Origin: Blastocladiella emersonii ATCC 22665
Lineage: Eukaryota; Fungi; Blastocladiomycota
Length of the DNA: 64,000 nucleotides
Direction of reading: 5' to 3'
Assembly (NCBI GenBank): GCA_025594325.1
Contig: JANHCV010000008.1
Span: 1,550,001-1,614,000 of the forward strand
Positions 45,937 through 57,543 of the stretch are shown here, one piece after another; the first letter of the stretch is position 1; each line of letters opens with the position of its first letter. The notes beneath the pieces are model-generated. The model had not been told where the DNA came from and did no database searches. It saw only the letters and a list, made by a program, of their open reading frames with translations. The position numbers and the translations under genes were made by a program.

Positions 45937-48900
45937 ATGGACGCTGCGATTAACTACCCCGACGGCTACGTGTACCTGATGCCGCTGCGGCCGCATGACC
46001 TCAAGACGATCCGCGGCTTTGCCATCGCTGCCGCTAAGCGCCGTGCCGCGTTCGTCACCCGGCTCGCGTACCAGCGCCTCGGCGAGCAGGTGACGTACCT
46101 GCACGAGCAGGGCGCGCACCTGATCACGCGACAAGGCCAAGCGTGCCTCGCCGCCATGATCCATGAGGCGACGATCCGGGCGAACGCCACAGTGAACCGC
46201 GCGATGCGCACGCGCAATCAGCAGATCCGCGAGGCTTGGATCGAATACCGCGCCGCCATGGAGGACTACGCTGAGCGCGCGGCCGACGTCGCCGGGTACG
46301 CCTACGAGCTCGAGCACCTCAAGGACTACCTGTACGACTAAGGGGCTCCCGGTCGAGTCGACCCGCAGCAACCGTCACCGACTGCAACTCCGCTTCATCC
46401 TGCGCCGACGGATGCGGCGCTGTTCTCGGAGCCACCGCATGGCCCCGAACCGGCTGGTCCTGCGCCTGCTCGTCCGACCACCGCTGAACAGCGCAAGCGT
46501 GGTCTCGCCGACGCCGAGTGGGAGTTCATTGCGGACCGCGTCCGCGAGCTGGTTCTCGAGCTCAAGGGCCGGCCGAACGGCACACAGGACGCGTTCGCGG
46601 CGTATGACATGGCCACTGCGCTATCGCACGGCGGGCTCGCTGTTGGCAACGTCGACTACCACATGATCCAGATGCACGTGTATGAGAAAACACATGACGT
46701 TGACCGCCGCACCCGCGTTTATCCCAACTGCGCCATCGAATTCGCCATACGCGGCACCCTCCTTGACGGCGCCCAGGCAATGGCGCGCCTGGGTCTCATC
46801 TTCCCAGTCGCATGCGAGCGCACCGTGCGCAAGCGGCTCGCGAACGGGGCCATCCTCAACGGCGACCAGGACCTGCGGGCGTACCGCACAACGTTTGGCG
46901 TGCGCACGGCCGGGATCCAGGCAGCCATCGCGTACGACAAAAAGTACCGCGAAGCACATGGCGGCGCGCGGTGCCTCTTCAACAACCTCGTCAATGAAAC
47001 CGACTTCTCGGTGCTGTTCAAGAAGTACTCCAAGGGCATGATCACGGGCGGGGTCGAGTACGGCAAGTTCCAGCAGCCGTGGCACACGAACCTGCCGCCC
47101 GACTTCCCGTCGACCACCGAGGCAGTCGAGTCGCTCCTCATCGAGGCCGAGGACAAGTACGACGCCATCTGCGCCGCCAGGAACGTGACAGAGGGCTGCG
47201 CGCTGTACGACGACTTCACCAAGCGGGCGCTGCCGTTCCTGCCGCACATTGAGTTCCTGCGCGAGCTGACCGATGACCACGTCACGAAAATAACCAACAA
47301 GGACAAGGCGCGCAAGTCGAAGCGCAAGACGCCCGCCAACAATTCCGTGGCTGCTGGCTCGAGTTCTGAACCTCACGATGCACTAGACTTGGCCGCGCTT
47401 GATAATGACGAGGAGGAGGAGTACGACGAAGATGATGACGACGTGATCATGGTTGACGCGGTGGCCGAATCCGGCGCGCTCGAGTCGACCAGCAGCGCGA
47501 CCATTGGCATGGCCGTCTCGCAGGTCGTCGGCGATTTGGTCATCCCGGCCGTTGGGGTGACAGTCCAAGAGCGGGTCACCGCGGCCTGCACAGGCTCCCG
47601 GCTCACGTTCCCCCAGATCAAATCCATCTCGGCATTCACGGCGAGGTCGGTCCACTACAAGGGGCTCATGTCCCACGTGTCCATGGCCGCGCGCCGCGAC
47701 GGCGAGGAGCATCCGCTCGTGCTGGCCGGCGAGGACTGGAAAGAGGTCCTTGGCAAGCGGTTCGAGTGGTACAGGGACATGTACCTCGCGCCGATCCAGG
47801 AGGCCTCGCGGCTGCAGGTCTTCATGCTCGCGTCGGCGGACCGCCAGTTCCAGGTCTGCATCGCCGCGACGCTCGTACCCAAAGGGCTGCCAATTGACGC
47901 AACCGCGTCGATGCTGGCCCAGATCAAGTTCAAGTGCAAGGAGCACGACCTCACCGTCGTTTCGAACGGGTGCGTATGCGATTGTTTCTTGGACTGACTT
48001 GGCAACAAGCTCACTGCTGGTCATGGAGCATTCTCTAGTTTCAACGGCGCGTCAGCTGGTCTCATCCACGCCAACTACACGAGCGAGGCCGTGCTCGAGC
48101 GCTTGAAAAAGGGTGAGCCCCCGCTGCGCGTCTCACCAAGCAACGTCACGCTGCCCAAGGACAAGGCGGCCATCATCACTGCGATCACGGACGGGCCGGA
48201 TGCGCTTGGCGTCATGGACCCGACCACGCCCTGCGCAACGGTCGACCTTTCCTGGGAGATCATGCGCCGCATGAAGCTGGCACCGACGCGCAAGGTCTTC
48301 AGCGACCCCGACATGATTTGCTTCATGGTGCTGGCTGGGCCCAACCTCGCGTCAGCGAAGCTAGCGATGCTGCACCCGCTCGCTGAAGGTGGGCGCCCGA
48401 ACCCGGACCCTGCACCCTGCGCGACAGTCCCCGCCGTAGTTCCTGTCCCCGCCAACGCGATCGACCCGGCCACCGAGTTTGGCAAGCGCACCTTCGAGTA
48501 CGAGGCCGCCATCGAAGAAGCGCTTCGAGCCGGCGGGTACCTGCAGCAGGCGCTGACCGACTGCGCCATGGTCAAAAAGCGCGTGCTCGCTCAAGCGCTC
48601 GCCGCCCTCAAGGTGCCGGGCAATGGAAAGACCAAGATGGAGAACGGCGTCCCCGCGACGCTCAAGACCCTGGTCCCCGTGCGCGAGTCCCTGATCGAGC
48701 TGCTCGCCAATGGCATCATGGACATTGTCGCGCGCAACGGAGCCGAGACCTGGAAGGGCGGCTACTGGGGACACTCGAGCGGTCCCAACGCGCGCGACTT
48801 CATTCCGATCGTGGACTATTCCCACGCCCTCAAGCGCTCCGTGACGCAGGTGCACGAGTCCAAGTGCAGCGACAAGAAGACGACGAAGCGCGCGCAGGCG

Positions 48901-50153
48901 CCCGTGCCCGTGATCTTGGCCGAGGCACGGCGTACGGCCGATCCGAGCGTGCTCGCACAGCTCGACGTCGAATCGAGTCCGCTCCGCCGTCTCGGGATCG
49001 CGAACCCGGGCGGGCCCTTCCACGTGCGCTGGGAGAAGCGCAACAAGCAGAACGAGCGAGAGGCGATGCGTATGCTCGATCCCGACGTCATCGCCGCGCT
49101 CCACGAGTACGCGGCCCTGGTCGGCCCCGCGGCAGTTGGCGAGTACGAGCGTGCGGCCACGGCGATCACGTCGCTGTACGACGTCCACGACGATCCAGAC
49201 CTCACGCTCAAGCAGATGCGCGAGCTCCTCGTGCCCGTGCGCGAGTGGCTCTTCAAGTCGCTGGCCGAGCGCATGTTCTCCGTCGCGTACAAGAAACGGC
49301 GCAACGACCTGTCCAACGGGCTCAACTTCGAGACGGGCATCGCCCTGATGATGCTCGTCCTCGCCGTCGAGTTTCTCGTCAAGCTAGCCCATGACGAGGT
49401 CGACGAGAACAAGCCGCTCTGGGTCATCCTGCGCGCATTCAGTGCTTTTTCTCGCTGATCAAGGCCATCGGCAGCCGCGACGGCCGCGGGCTCAAGCTGA
49501 GCACGGCCACCAATATTGTGCGGATGATGGCCAAGTACAACAAGCTCGAGCGCCAGAACCTGCTGACGATCGAGGAGCTCGGCTTCATGACGACCGGGCA
49601 GAGTCGCCGCGCGAGCTACACGAACCGGCGCGAAGCCGAGCGCGCAAAAGCGCACGCGGCGTCCATGGCGGCAGCGGCGGCGGCATCCTCAGCCGCGACT
49701 GGCCCTGCAGCACCCGGACCAGCGGTACGCGCGCGCGGTGGAGAAGACGGATCCAACGATGAGGACAACGTGCACGAGCTGTCCGTCGCGGGATACGACA
49801 AGGACCGGCCGACATGGCGGGGCCCAGTCAAGACGAAGGGCGGTGCGCCGATCCGGCCCAACTTCTTCGTGGCGGAGCGGTCCCTCAACGAGATCATACG
49901 GCGCGCCACTATGGCGATGCGGCCCAACGGGCCCGGCGCCAAGAGCTCAACGGCGAAGCGCAAGGCCAGCGCAGAGCCAATGGAGCTCGGTATTGACGCG
50001 GGGCGCCAGCGGGAGGAGCACGGCAACAAGCGCCAGTGCAAGAACAAGCCGAAGAGCGTCGGCCCACAGGCCGAGCTCGACCTCGCCAAGGATGGGATCA
50101 TTGTGTTGGCGCAGCTCCAATCCATTCACCACTACGGGCCGTACAAGGAGTAG
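45937..50153 (+). pseudogene. P-element-like transposase (~1,380 aa reconstructed): in-frame TAA at 46339, intron 47970-48038, frameshifting deletion at ~49442
   Basis: Motif order matches P/THAP9: ERTVRKRL; LVNET..ITGGVEYG; ASRLQVFMLAS; VVSNGFNGAS; IVDYSHALKR (D(2)H motif); LRAFS/FFSLIKAIG (QDxLEnfFsxiR region). ORFs 45937 and 46609 are in the same frame. Confidence 0.72.
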
Positions 50154-50271
50154 TGTATCATGTATTGCAAGAGGTCGTGTATTATTCATAAAGTGAGAGT
50201 TTCATCGAGGCGACCGTGGTCCGCACGTTGCCGGCTGCGAGGAGAGAAGTGGTGAAGTGGCCGCGCGGGCA

Positions 50272-50361
50272 AGCGCGCCGACGCGTCGCTTTCACGCGCC
50301 ACGTTGACCCGCGGTCACGAGCCTAGTAGGGCTTGCCGTCTCCCACTTCGATGCCGCCCCC
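50272..50361. repeat. right TIR
   Basis: Reverse complement of 45730-45819. Confidence 0.92.
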
Positions 50362-50463
50362 TGGCCGCCGCGCTCCTTTGAGAGCTTCCCCGCCGCTTCG
50401 CAGCCAAGGACCGCCGGCTGCAGCCACCTCAGCCCAGCTTTCAACAATAGGTCAATTCTCCAC

Positions 50464-52599
50464 TTGTGTTCCAACCGGCCCCTGGACGCGAAGTGCGACA
50501 CCTCGCAGCAATTCTACGAGGCGATCTTTGGGTTCCCGCCCCACGATTTTCCAGCGCTCTTTGGCGTCGCAGCTCACATGGATCAGGCGCACAATTTCAG
50601 CCATTGGCTTTCCCACGTCCGGCCCTTTGCGCCGAATTTGCGTGAGACTTCAACTGTCACGGCCTACCACAGCATGACTTTAACCAAGATCGATCGTTGC
50701 GAGGTACCCATCTCCATTGCAGACTCGGCTCGTTTCTCGCGAGTTCTTGACGCTGTGAACGGTCTCCGCGATCAGGACGACAAGCAAAAATACAAGCTGG
50801 GTACGCGTGCCATTTTGGTTCATTTTCTTCTGTTCCCACTCGCTAACGTGGTCCGCATTTTTTTCGTACTTAGGCGGCTCGTTCTTAACTCCCTCGTTTG
50901 ACGCGAAACTGATCTCGTACGGCATGGCTTCCCGTCGGCTCGTATGGAATGGCACATTGTCGTCTTCCGGCTCCCTCCCCTTCAGCCGCAGCGAGATCAT
51001 GCCAAAAGCGTGGTCCGATTACTTGAATAACTGCAATACGCCCGAACTGGAGCGCCCGTTTTGGGCGCGGGTCCATGGCCTCCTGGACTCGAACGACCGC
51101 GAACGATCAACTAAATTGTTTGCGCGAAGGGCAGATTTACACTGCTTGATTCGCAGGGTTCGCTTCGCCCGTGTTGCGTCCGCGTTGCTCTTGGGTCGGC
51201 TGACGGGCGGTACCCGCAGAAATTCTTGGAGGGCGTGTCTGCGCTTCAAGATCCGATCAGTAGCACAGTCGATGTGAGTTGGCTCATGGACCACGGCGTT
51301 GGCGACGGCTCCAGCGACCTTCGATTCTCGCTCTTTGCTGTTCCTGCTCTCAGTACGCTTGTAACTGACGAGGATTCAAATGGAGATCAACCTGGCCCGT
51401 GCGTATCAGCAACTCTCTGGTATGGCGCAGCGATGGCCAGGCGGAACCTTCGACGGCGTGCTTGACCACCATGGAGATTTCAGTCGAAGACGCGCAAGTT
51501 GCGGTCAGCGGCATTATGCGATACGCTTTTCCCTCACCCTCTCCAAACTCGTCCAGCCAAGCAGCGTGGTACCTCCCCGTTGCTCGTCTCGAAGACGAAA
51601 GCAGAGAATTCGCACGCCTAATCTTGCAAATCCCACGTGGCCGCGACAATGTCACTGTCAAAAACTGTGGCTGAGCGCGACCTTGCGCAGTACCGCGGCG
51701 CCGTCGCCCTGCTTGTCGACAACATGGTTCAGACTTTCCGGCTGCCGTATTCCGGCCGGGCCATCGGCGTCAAATTTGAGCGCAAGAAGCGGCTCATCAT
51801 TGTCGAAATCCAGAAAGTCACACAGGCCGTGTCGCCTGTGCTTGGGCTCGGCCCGCTGATCCCGCGCTTTGCGCCGTTCCCCGTCTGTGTGGCCGAACCG
51901 CCCCTGTCGCGTTTTCTGCACCGCGTCTCGCTTGATACGCTCAACGGCATGTACACGCGCGCCGAGTGGACGCCTGGCCAGCGCGTCGTTTCCGCGCCGC
52001 CAGGCACCGTATCCGGCGGCCGCAACGTCCACGCGGCGAACGCCGTCGCGCTCAAGATGCTGATCTCCAACATCATGGACTCCGCGGCCGCATGGTTGGC
52101 TCGTGTGCCATCAAGCTCGCCAGTCCCGAGACCCTGCGCGGGCTGATCGCCGTCATAATCGTGAACCGCCCCGTCGTGATCCCGCCGCAGGGCAAGGCCG
52201 AGGGCCTCACGCCCGCGCTTGATGTCAGCAACCTGTACGTGCCGGGGCTCCAGTCTAAGTCGACAGGCACTGCGGCCGCGCGCGCCAACGTGCAACGGCT
52301 GCGCAAGGTCGCTGAAATGTCGGAAACCGCGTACTTTCGCATGTGCAAGCGGCTGTTCCCGATCATCAAGTGGTCCGGCGAGCATGCTGATGCGAACTGC
52401 CGAGTATCTCGAGTACTGCAGCGCGGCCATGGTCGACCAGTCGATCCCGGACATCAACATGTACCCGCAGACCGGGCCGGGCACGCGGCCGTTTGCGGCG
52501 ACCACGGCCGTGTCGTTTGCGGGCCTCAAATCGGAGCTCAAGCGCGCGGTGCTGCCGCCGCTGTTTCCCAACTTTAGCACTCCGCTGGACCCCAAGTGA
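50464..52599 (+). pseudogene. multiply frameshifted coding relic of unknown family
   Basis: A chain of overlapping + strand ORFs (50464, 50807, 51380, 51637, 51966, 52219) with protein-like composition; no motif recognised. Confidence 0.3.
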
Positions 52600-52693
52600 G
52601 GGCGAGTAGCGCGCACGATCGACGCAGTGAATAGATGAGAGGATACCGAGTGGTATTGTACGACTTGACTCGAGGTGCGATCAAGATAGCTTA

Positions 52694-54479
52694 TCAAAAG
52701 CCAGACGTGAAGGTGCCGCCGTCAGCGACCTTGGTGCGAAGCAGCTCAATCGACTCGGCGTTGAGCTCGACGATATCCACGCGAAGCTCCTCGAGCTCGT
52801 TCGGAAGATATGCGGCGAGCACCAACGCGCCGACGTCGGTGAACGGGTTCCAGTTCACGCACACCTTTTTGAGCGTCTGAGGCAGCGCGGGGGCGAGGGC
52901 CTGGATCGCGGCGTCGTCGAGATTCGTCTGGGACAAGTCGAGCGACTCGAGCTGCGGCGGCATGTGCTCGGCGAGATGCTGTGCGCCCGCGGCGCCAATG
53001 CACGTCCACTTGAGGTTTTTTTTTGAGCTCGCGCAGCGTGGGCGCCAGACGCAAAGCGATAAGCGCCATGTAATTGGAGGACGCCCCGCCCTCGTGGAAA
53101 TGGAGCTGCAGCATCGTGATCACCTCGGACACGTCAAAGTGGGGCTGGCCGCACAGGGGCGTGACGCTGAGATCGAGCGAGACGAGGTTGGGCGGGAGCG
53201 ACGCCGCGATGAGCGCAGCGAGCTCGAGTTGCGGAACGCTAAGCGTGCCGGTGCGTTCGGGAAGGTCCTGCGCGTATGGCGTGCAAGACGACATCTCGAG
53301 TCGCTCGAGCCCAGCGGGGAACGACCAGCCGAGTGGCGCGTCGCTGGTCTTGCGGTCCAAATGGTTCGCGGACAAGTCGAGCGAGCGAAGCGTCGGCGGG
53401 AAATGGTGGTAAAGCGCGCCGAGCTGCGTGGCGGTGAGCTGGTCGTTGCTGATGTTGAGCGAGACCAGGCCGGGCGGCAGGTGCGGGAAGAGCACCGCGA
53501 ACGCGTCGTCCGTGAGCAAGCAGTTGGACATGGCGAGACTGGTGATGCTGGGCGAGAGCGAAGCCAGGTGCGGGTACGCGTCGCGCTCGAGCGAGATGTT
53601 GCACAGCGAAAGCGAGGTGAGGGTCGAGGGAAGCGACGAAAGGAGGAGCAAAGCGTGCCCGCGCGGCGTGGACCAGGTGACGGAAAGCGACTCGAGGTGC
53701 GGCGGCCACGACCACGACTTGGGTTGGCCGGGATCGGCATGCGGCGCGCTCCAGCCCTGCGACCACTCAATCTTGGTGAGCGACTCGGGCAAGCGGAGCA
53801 GCATGAGGCGCGGCATGTCGATGGCGCAGCGCTCAAGCTTGAGCGAGCGGAGCGCCTGGTTCGGGCTCGCCATGGCCTCGTTCAGTGCCGCGACGGCATC
53901 AAGCGAAAAGTACTCGTTGCGGAAGGCGACCTTGGTCAGCTGGCCGGATGAGATGCCAGCCACCGCGTCGTTGATGGAGACGAAAGGCGCCTCCACGGGA
54001 GGGCGAGGCTAGACAGTCGAGAGAGTGTGAGTGGACGTGACTCGATCAGTGTGACGAGTCAGCGTACGCAGCTGGGGAAGAGCGCGGCGAGTTGGCCGAG
54101 GTTGAGGCGCTTCAGCACATCCATAGTCGAACCGCCTGGGCACTGCGGGTGCGTGATCGGGAGACCCGAGCGGCCCCACCACTCCATGGCCTCAAGCGAC
54201 TTGCCGTTCGCGCCCGAGAGCGCCACGTGCGAGTAGACAGACGAGTGGAAGCCCCGAGTCGCGCCACTTGTCGAGCACCTTCACGGCGCCGCGCGTGCTC
54301 GCTGTGTCCATGGACAGCTTAGGAGAGCGCTTCAAGATGGCTCGAACGACGCCCGGGATCAAGTCCGCGGGCAGGACGCGCGCATACTCGCTCAGGCCCG
54401 CGACGTCGTTGGGGTCGTCGTGCAGGTGCACGGCGCGGACGAGCACTTTCTCGATGATCTCGGCGAGGGCCAGCTTCAT
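52694..54479 (-). pseudogene. ankyrin-like + RNI-LRR family member 5, spliced, frameshifted in an A9 run (53026-53034)
   Basis: N-terminus MKLALAEIIEKVL..LSMDTASTRG..VLDKWRDSGLPL; LRR ORF 52746-53996. The final LRRs (NLKWTCIGAAGAQHLAEHMPPQLESLDLSQTNL) are in another frame after the A-run. Confidence 0.7.
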
Positions 54480-54649
54480 TTGTTTCCGTGATCGCTGGTG
54501 GGCGGCGGGGGGAGTGCGAACTGTCCGCGGCGCGTCACGCGAATTTGAGCACGCGTCGACGCGTCACGTTCTGATCAATCTCTCTCCTGTGAGTTCGCTG
54601 CATTCTCACTGCCATGAATCACTTGATGCAATACGCTCAACACGCGTCA

Positions 54650-56330
54650 ATGAATCATGTGCGCGGCTTTGGCGACCTGCCGTGCAAATAGCTAGACTTG
54701 GTCCTGGAAATTGCGGACCCGAGATCCACACTCGCAGCCGCATCACGCTCGCTCCACTTCTTGTCGGCAGACTGGGAGGTCAGTGAAATATGGTTCCATT
54801 CCCGCCTTGCGCACGTGGCACTGGCGCACCGCGAGCAGTGCCGCCGATCCTTGTTGTGCTGGCCTCAACTCGGCAGCCTTCCAAAGAATACGGTCGGCTT
54901 TGCGTTGTATGTACTATGCCGATGGATGCGTCAGCACCACAGCGAGCTTCTCATTTACATCACACGACTGCGTCTTGACGACTACGCGTACCAGAAATCC
55001 CGCTCTGCGCAAGGCGTTACGGCGTTGGAAGTCAAACTCTAAGTCTTGATCTTGAGCGTCACGGGTCAGCGCGATCTTTCGCCATTTGAGCAACCGCTCC
55101 CAGCCTTCATTGTCGTCATCGTGTGCGCTGTTTCCACGGGCCGGGTCGCTGTCCTCAACAGCTGCCCCGCTATCCTCCTTGAGCACTGCCCTGCGCTACT
55201 CGTGACCCGGTTGCAATGGCGAGAGTGGCACGCGCTCTGCTTGTTCAACCTGCTCGCCGAGAACCCCACTGCCAACAAATGGGACGAGAACGGCTTTGAT
55301 GCCCCAGAGTGGTCCGAGCCCGCCCAGTTCGTCGACTACCCGGGCTTTCTTGCGTTCGCTACGTTCCAACTCCCCGCGCTCAAAATGCTCTCGCAGCCAC
55401 AGTTTGCCTTGGATGAACCGCGTGTTCTCGCATTCCTCTCGGTTGATTCCATCTTTATCTCGACTGGGGGTGTGTGCGTTGCACACTCTGTATCAGCAGT
55501 AGGCGACTAGACGCATTCCAGGTCGAAAAACTTGTCAGGTTTGAGTCTGAGGCGACGCGCGTGTGTCGCGGCGGCCATCGAGTTCCACGCGTCGCGCACC
55601 GAGTTTTGCGCCGTGCTGAGGACCTGGTCGCTCCAATCGTCGATGCACTCTGGATGCTGGTCCAACACAACGTTTGCTCGGCGCGAGCAAAGAAATTCGA
55701 TCACGCGCTGCGAGGCGTTGCAGTTGCGCAGGTCCTGGAGCACGTTGAGGAACTCCGCGTCGGTCGACTGCTGTATCTGCTGGACAAGAGAAAAGACCGA
55801 GTCAAAGGCGAGCCACTGATCGCGACCAATGTTGGCGTTGGTTCGAGTTTTGCTGACCGCTGGCCACTCCTTAAGCTTCGACCCGCGCTTCTTCTTCTGC
55901 TGCTGAGGCTCGCCATCGACCTGCACCAAGTCTCCATCATGAGCTGCATCCACCTCGCGCTCTGGTTCACGATTGACCAGCTGCTCGGATGGAACCGTGA
56001 GCGAGCGGGCCATGACAGGCTCTAACTGGAATAAGTAGCCGAACCCCGCGAGGACTTGCAGGCCACCAAATGGACAATGGTTGCGGCTCGGATACAGCGC
56101 TTCCAAACACGATGCGCCGCGGCAAGGAGTTCGGTGCCAACATGGAGCTTTTGTCAACGAGGATGAAGTAGACATGGCGTAAAGACTCCATATTCTTCTT
56201 GATTGCGTTGATTACCGACTTGGTTGCTGAAACGGTCGTACCGATACCGCACACGGCGTGGATCTTGGATCCGCCAATGGGCATCGCGTCTACCTCAGTT
56301 AGCGAGCAGATTCTAAGCCACAAACTCCCA
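54650..56330 (-). pseudogene. PIF1-family (SF1B) helicase relic, Helitron-type
   Basis: Degenerate motifs in order: IGGSKIH, ILVDKSSML (DExSM), PFGGLQVL..YLFQLEPV (FGG..GDfxQLxPV), QWLAFDSVFSL..Q.TDAEFLNVLQDLR. Several frameshifts. Confidence 0.7.
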
Positions 56331-57044
56331 GCCTCTGGCGGCGAACATGTCTCGAACCGAGTTGATGACGCGACTCAAATGCACCTGTGGGAGCCACCAA
56401 AGTCGAAATCGGGAATGAGTTGGAAAGCGCCGCGGCGCGGGCACGGCTGGCGCACCACACGCACGCTCCCACAAGCCGCACGTCCTGCTAGAGTAGTTTA
56501 TGTGCAGCTTCCCCGGCTTGGCTCTATATTTTACTCCTCCTATTACCCAGACGCGCCGGCTTCTCACGTTTTCACACCCGGCCCCAGCCCCGCCCCCGCA
56601 TCACCACCGCCGCGCCGCAACTACACACACACACGCTTATCGCCGTCCCATCGCATGCGCCAACCGCTCGGCTTCTTTATCATCCTCTCATTTGCCAAAC
56701 CACGCCGTCTTTGGGACGATTTCAGAAATTGCAGCTGGAGCTACGCTCCAGCTGAGTCTTCTCCGTGCGCGAGACGCCTCTTTTTTCTTTCCTTTTCCTG
56801 CGATTGCTTGCTCTTTGCTTTCCTTTGTGAGCGCACTAATCGATTGCAAGTAACGGTCAATCGTCTTTTATACTTGGCCTTCACCTTTGCCCCGTTGCGT
56901 GCCACACTGCTCGCTGTTTGTGGCTCATTTGCCTTCCACTTATGCCGCCTGTTTTCACACCCCGCAGAGCTCGATTCCTATCACCATTCACCCCTTTTCC
57001 CTGTTGCGCTAGATCTTCGATTACCTCACGGTTGTGTTTATGAG

Positions 57045-57072
57045 CTGAGGTATCCTTATAAGGATACCTCAG
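57045..57072. repeat. 28-bp perfect palindrome CTGAGGTATCCTTATAAGGATACCTCAG
   Basis: Self-complementary over all 28 nt. Confidence 0.95.
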
Positions 57073-57113
57073 GATAGGATTAAATGGCTATAGAGGTAGA
57101 TGTGGTTAGGTCT

Positions 57114-57150
57114 ATCCCTGGGGACGCCCGTCAGAAACATCCCCAGGGAT
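57114..57150. repeat. hairpin with 11-bp stem and 15-nt loop
   Basis: ATCCCTGGGGA-cgcccgtcagaaaca-TCCCCAGGGAT. Confidence 0.85.
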
Positions 57151-57396
57151 GCGCGCGCGCCCGCAGCCACGAAGTGGCGGAGGGTCCTCACGTGATAAGT
57201 CGACGCGTCTCCAAGTGTCTCGCGGCCCACGTGACGGTCATCTGATCCGCGACGCGTCTCGAAATGACTTTGCGATTATTCGATGAATTGAAATCCACGA
57301 CGGGCATGGGCGATATTGGCAAACGTCTATGAATCCGTCGGCGCGGTGAGGAAATGGTGAGTCGGTTGGTGAGAGTATTGGTGAGGTCGGTGAGAG

Positions 57397-57543
57397 TGTG
57401 TCCCTGTGTCCCAGTGTCCCAGCGATTTTCACTTGTAGCTCGTATTTTGAACTGAAAACAGCATACTAACTAAGTATGTTAGTTATATTTTTCAAATTTC
57501 TAAAAAAGAATATTTAGCTGGGACACTGGGACACTGGGACACA
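57397..57543. repeat. iteron cassette 1: (TGTCCC[A/T]G)x3 - 93-bp AT-rich spacer - (CTGGGACA)x3
   Basis: 27-bp inverted arms at 57397-57423 and 57517-57543 (1 mismatch). Confidence 0.9.

Larger units (their letters stand above)
45730..50361 (+). mobile_element. 4.63-kb TIR DNA transposon, P-element/THAP9-like superfamily, inactivated
   Basis: 90-bp terminal inverted repeats (45730-45819 / 50272-50361, 2 mismatches) enclose one long transposase-like reading frame. No target-site duplication was recognised. Confidence 0.8.

Noticed and set aside
45099-46341. Alternative genetic code (TAG/TAA read as Trp/Gln)
   Set aside because: Intact genes end normally in TAA/TAG/TGA, and the in-frame stops co-occur with frameshifts, indicating decay.
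45720-50372. Target-site duplication of the P-like element
   Set aside because: The flanks (GCCGAACC left, TGGCCGCC right) show no direct repeat for any TIR boundary tried.
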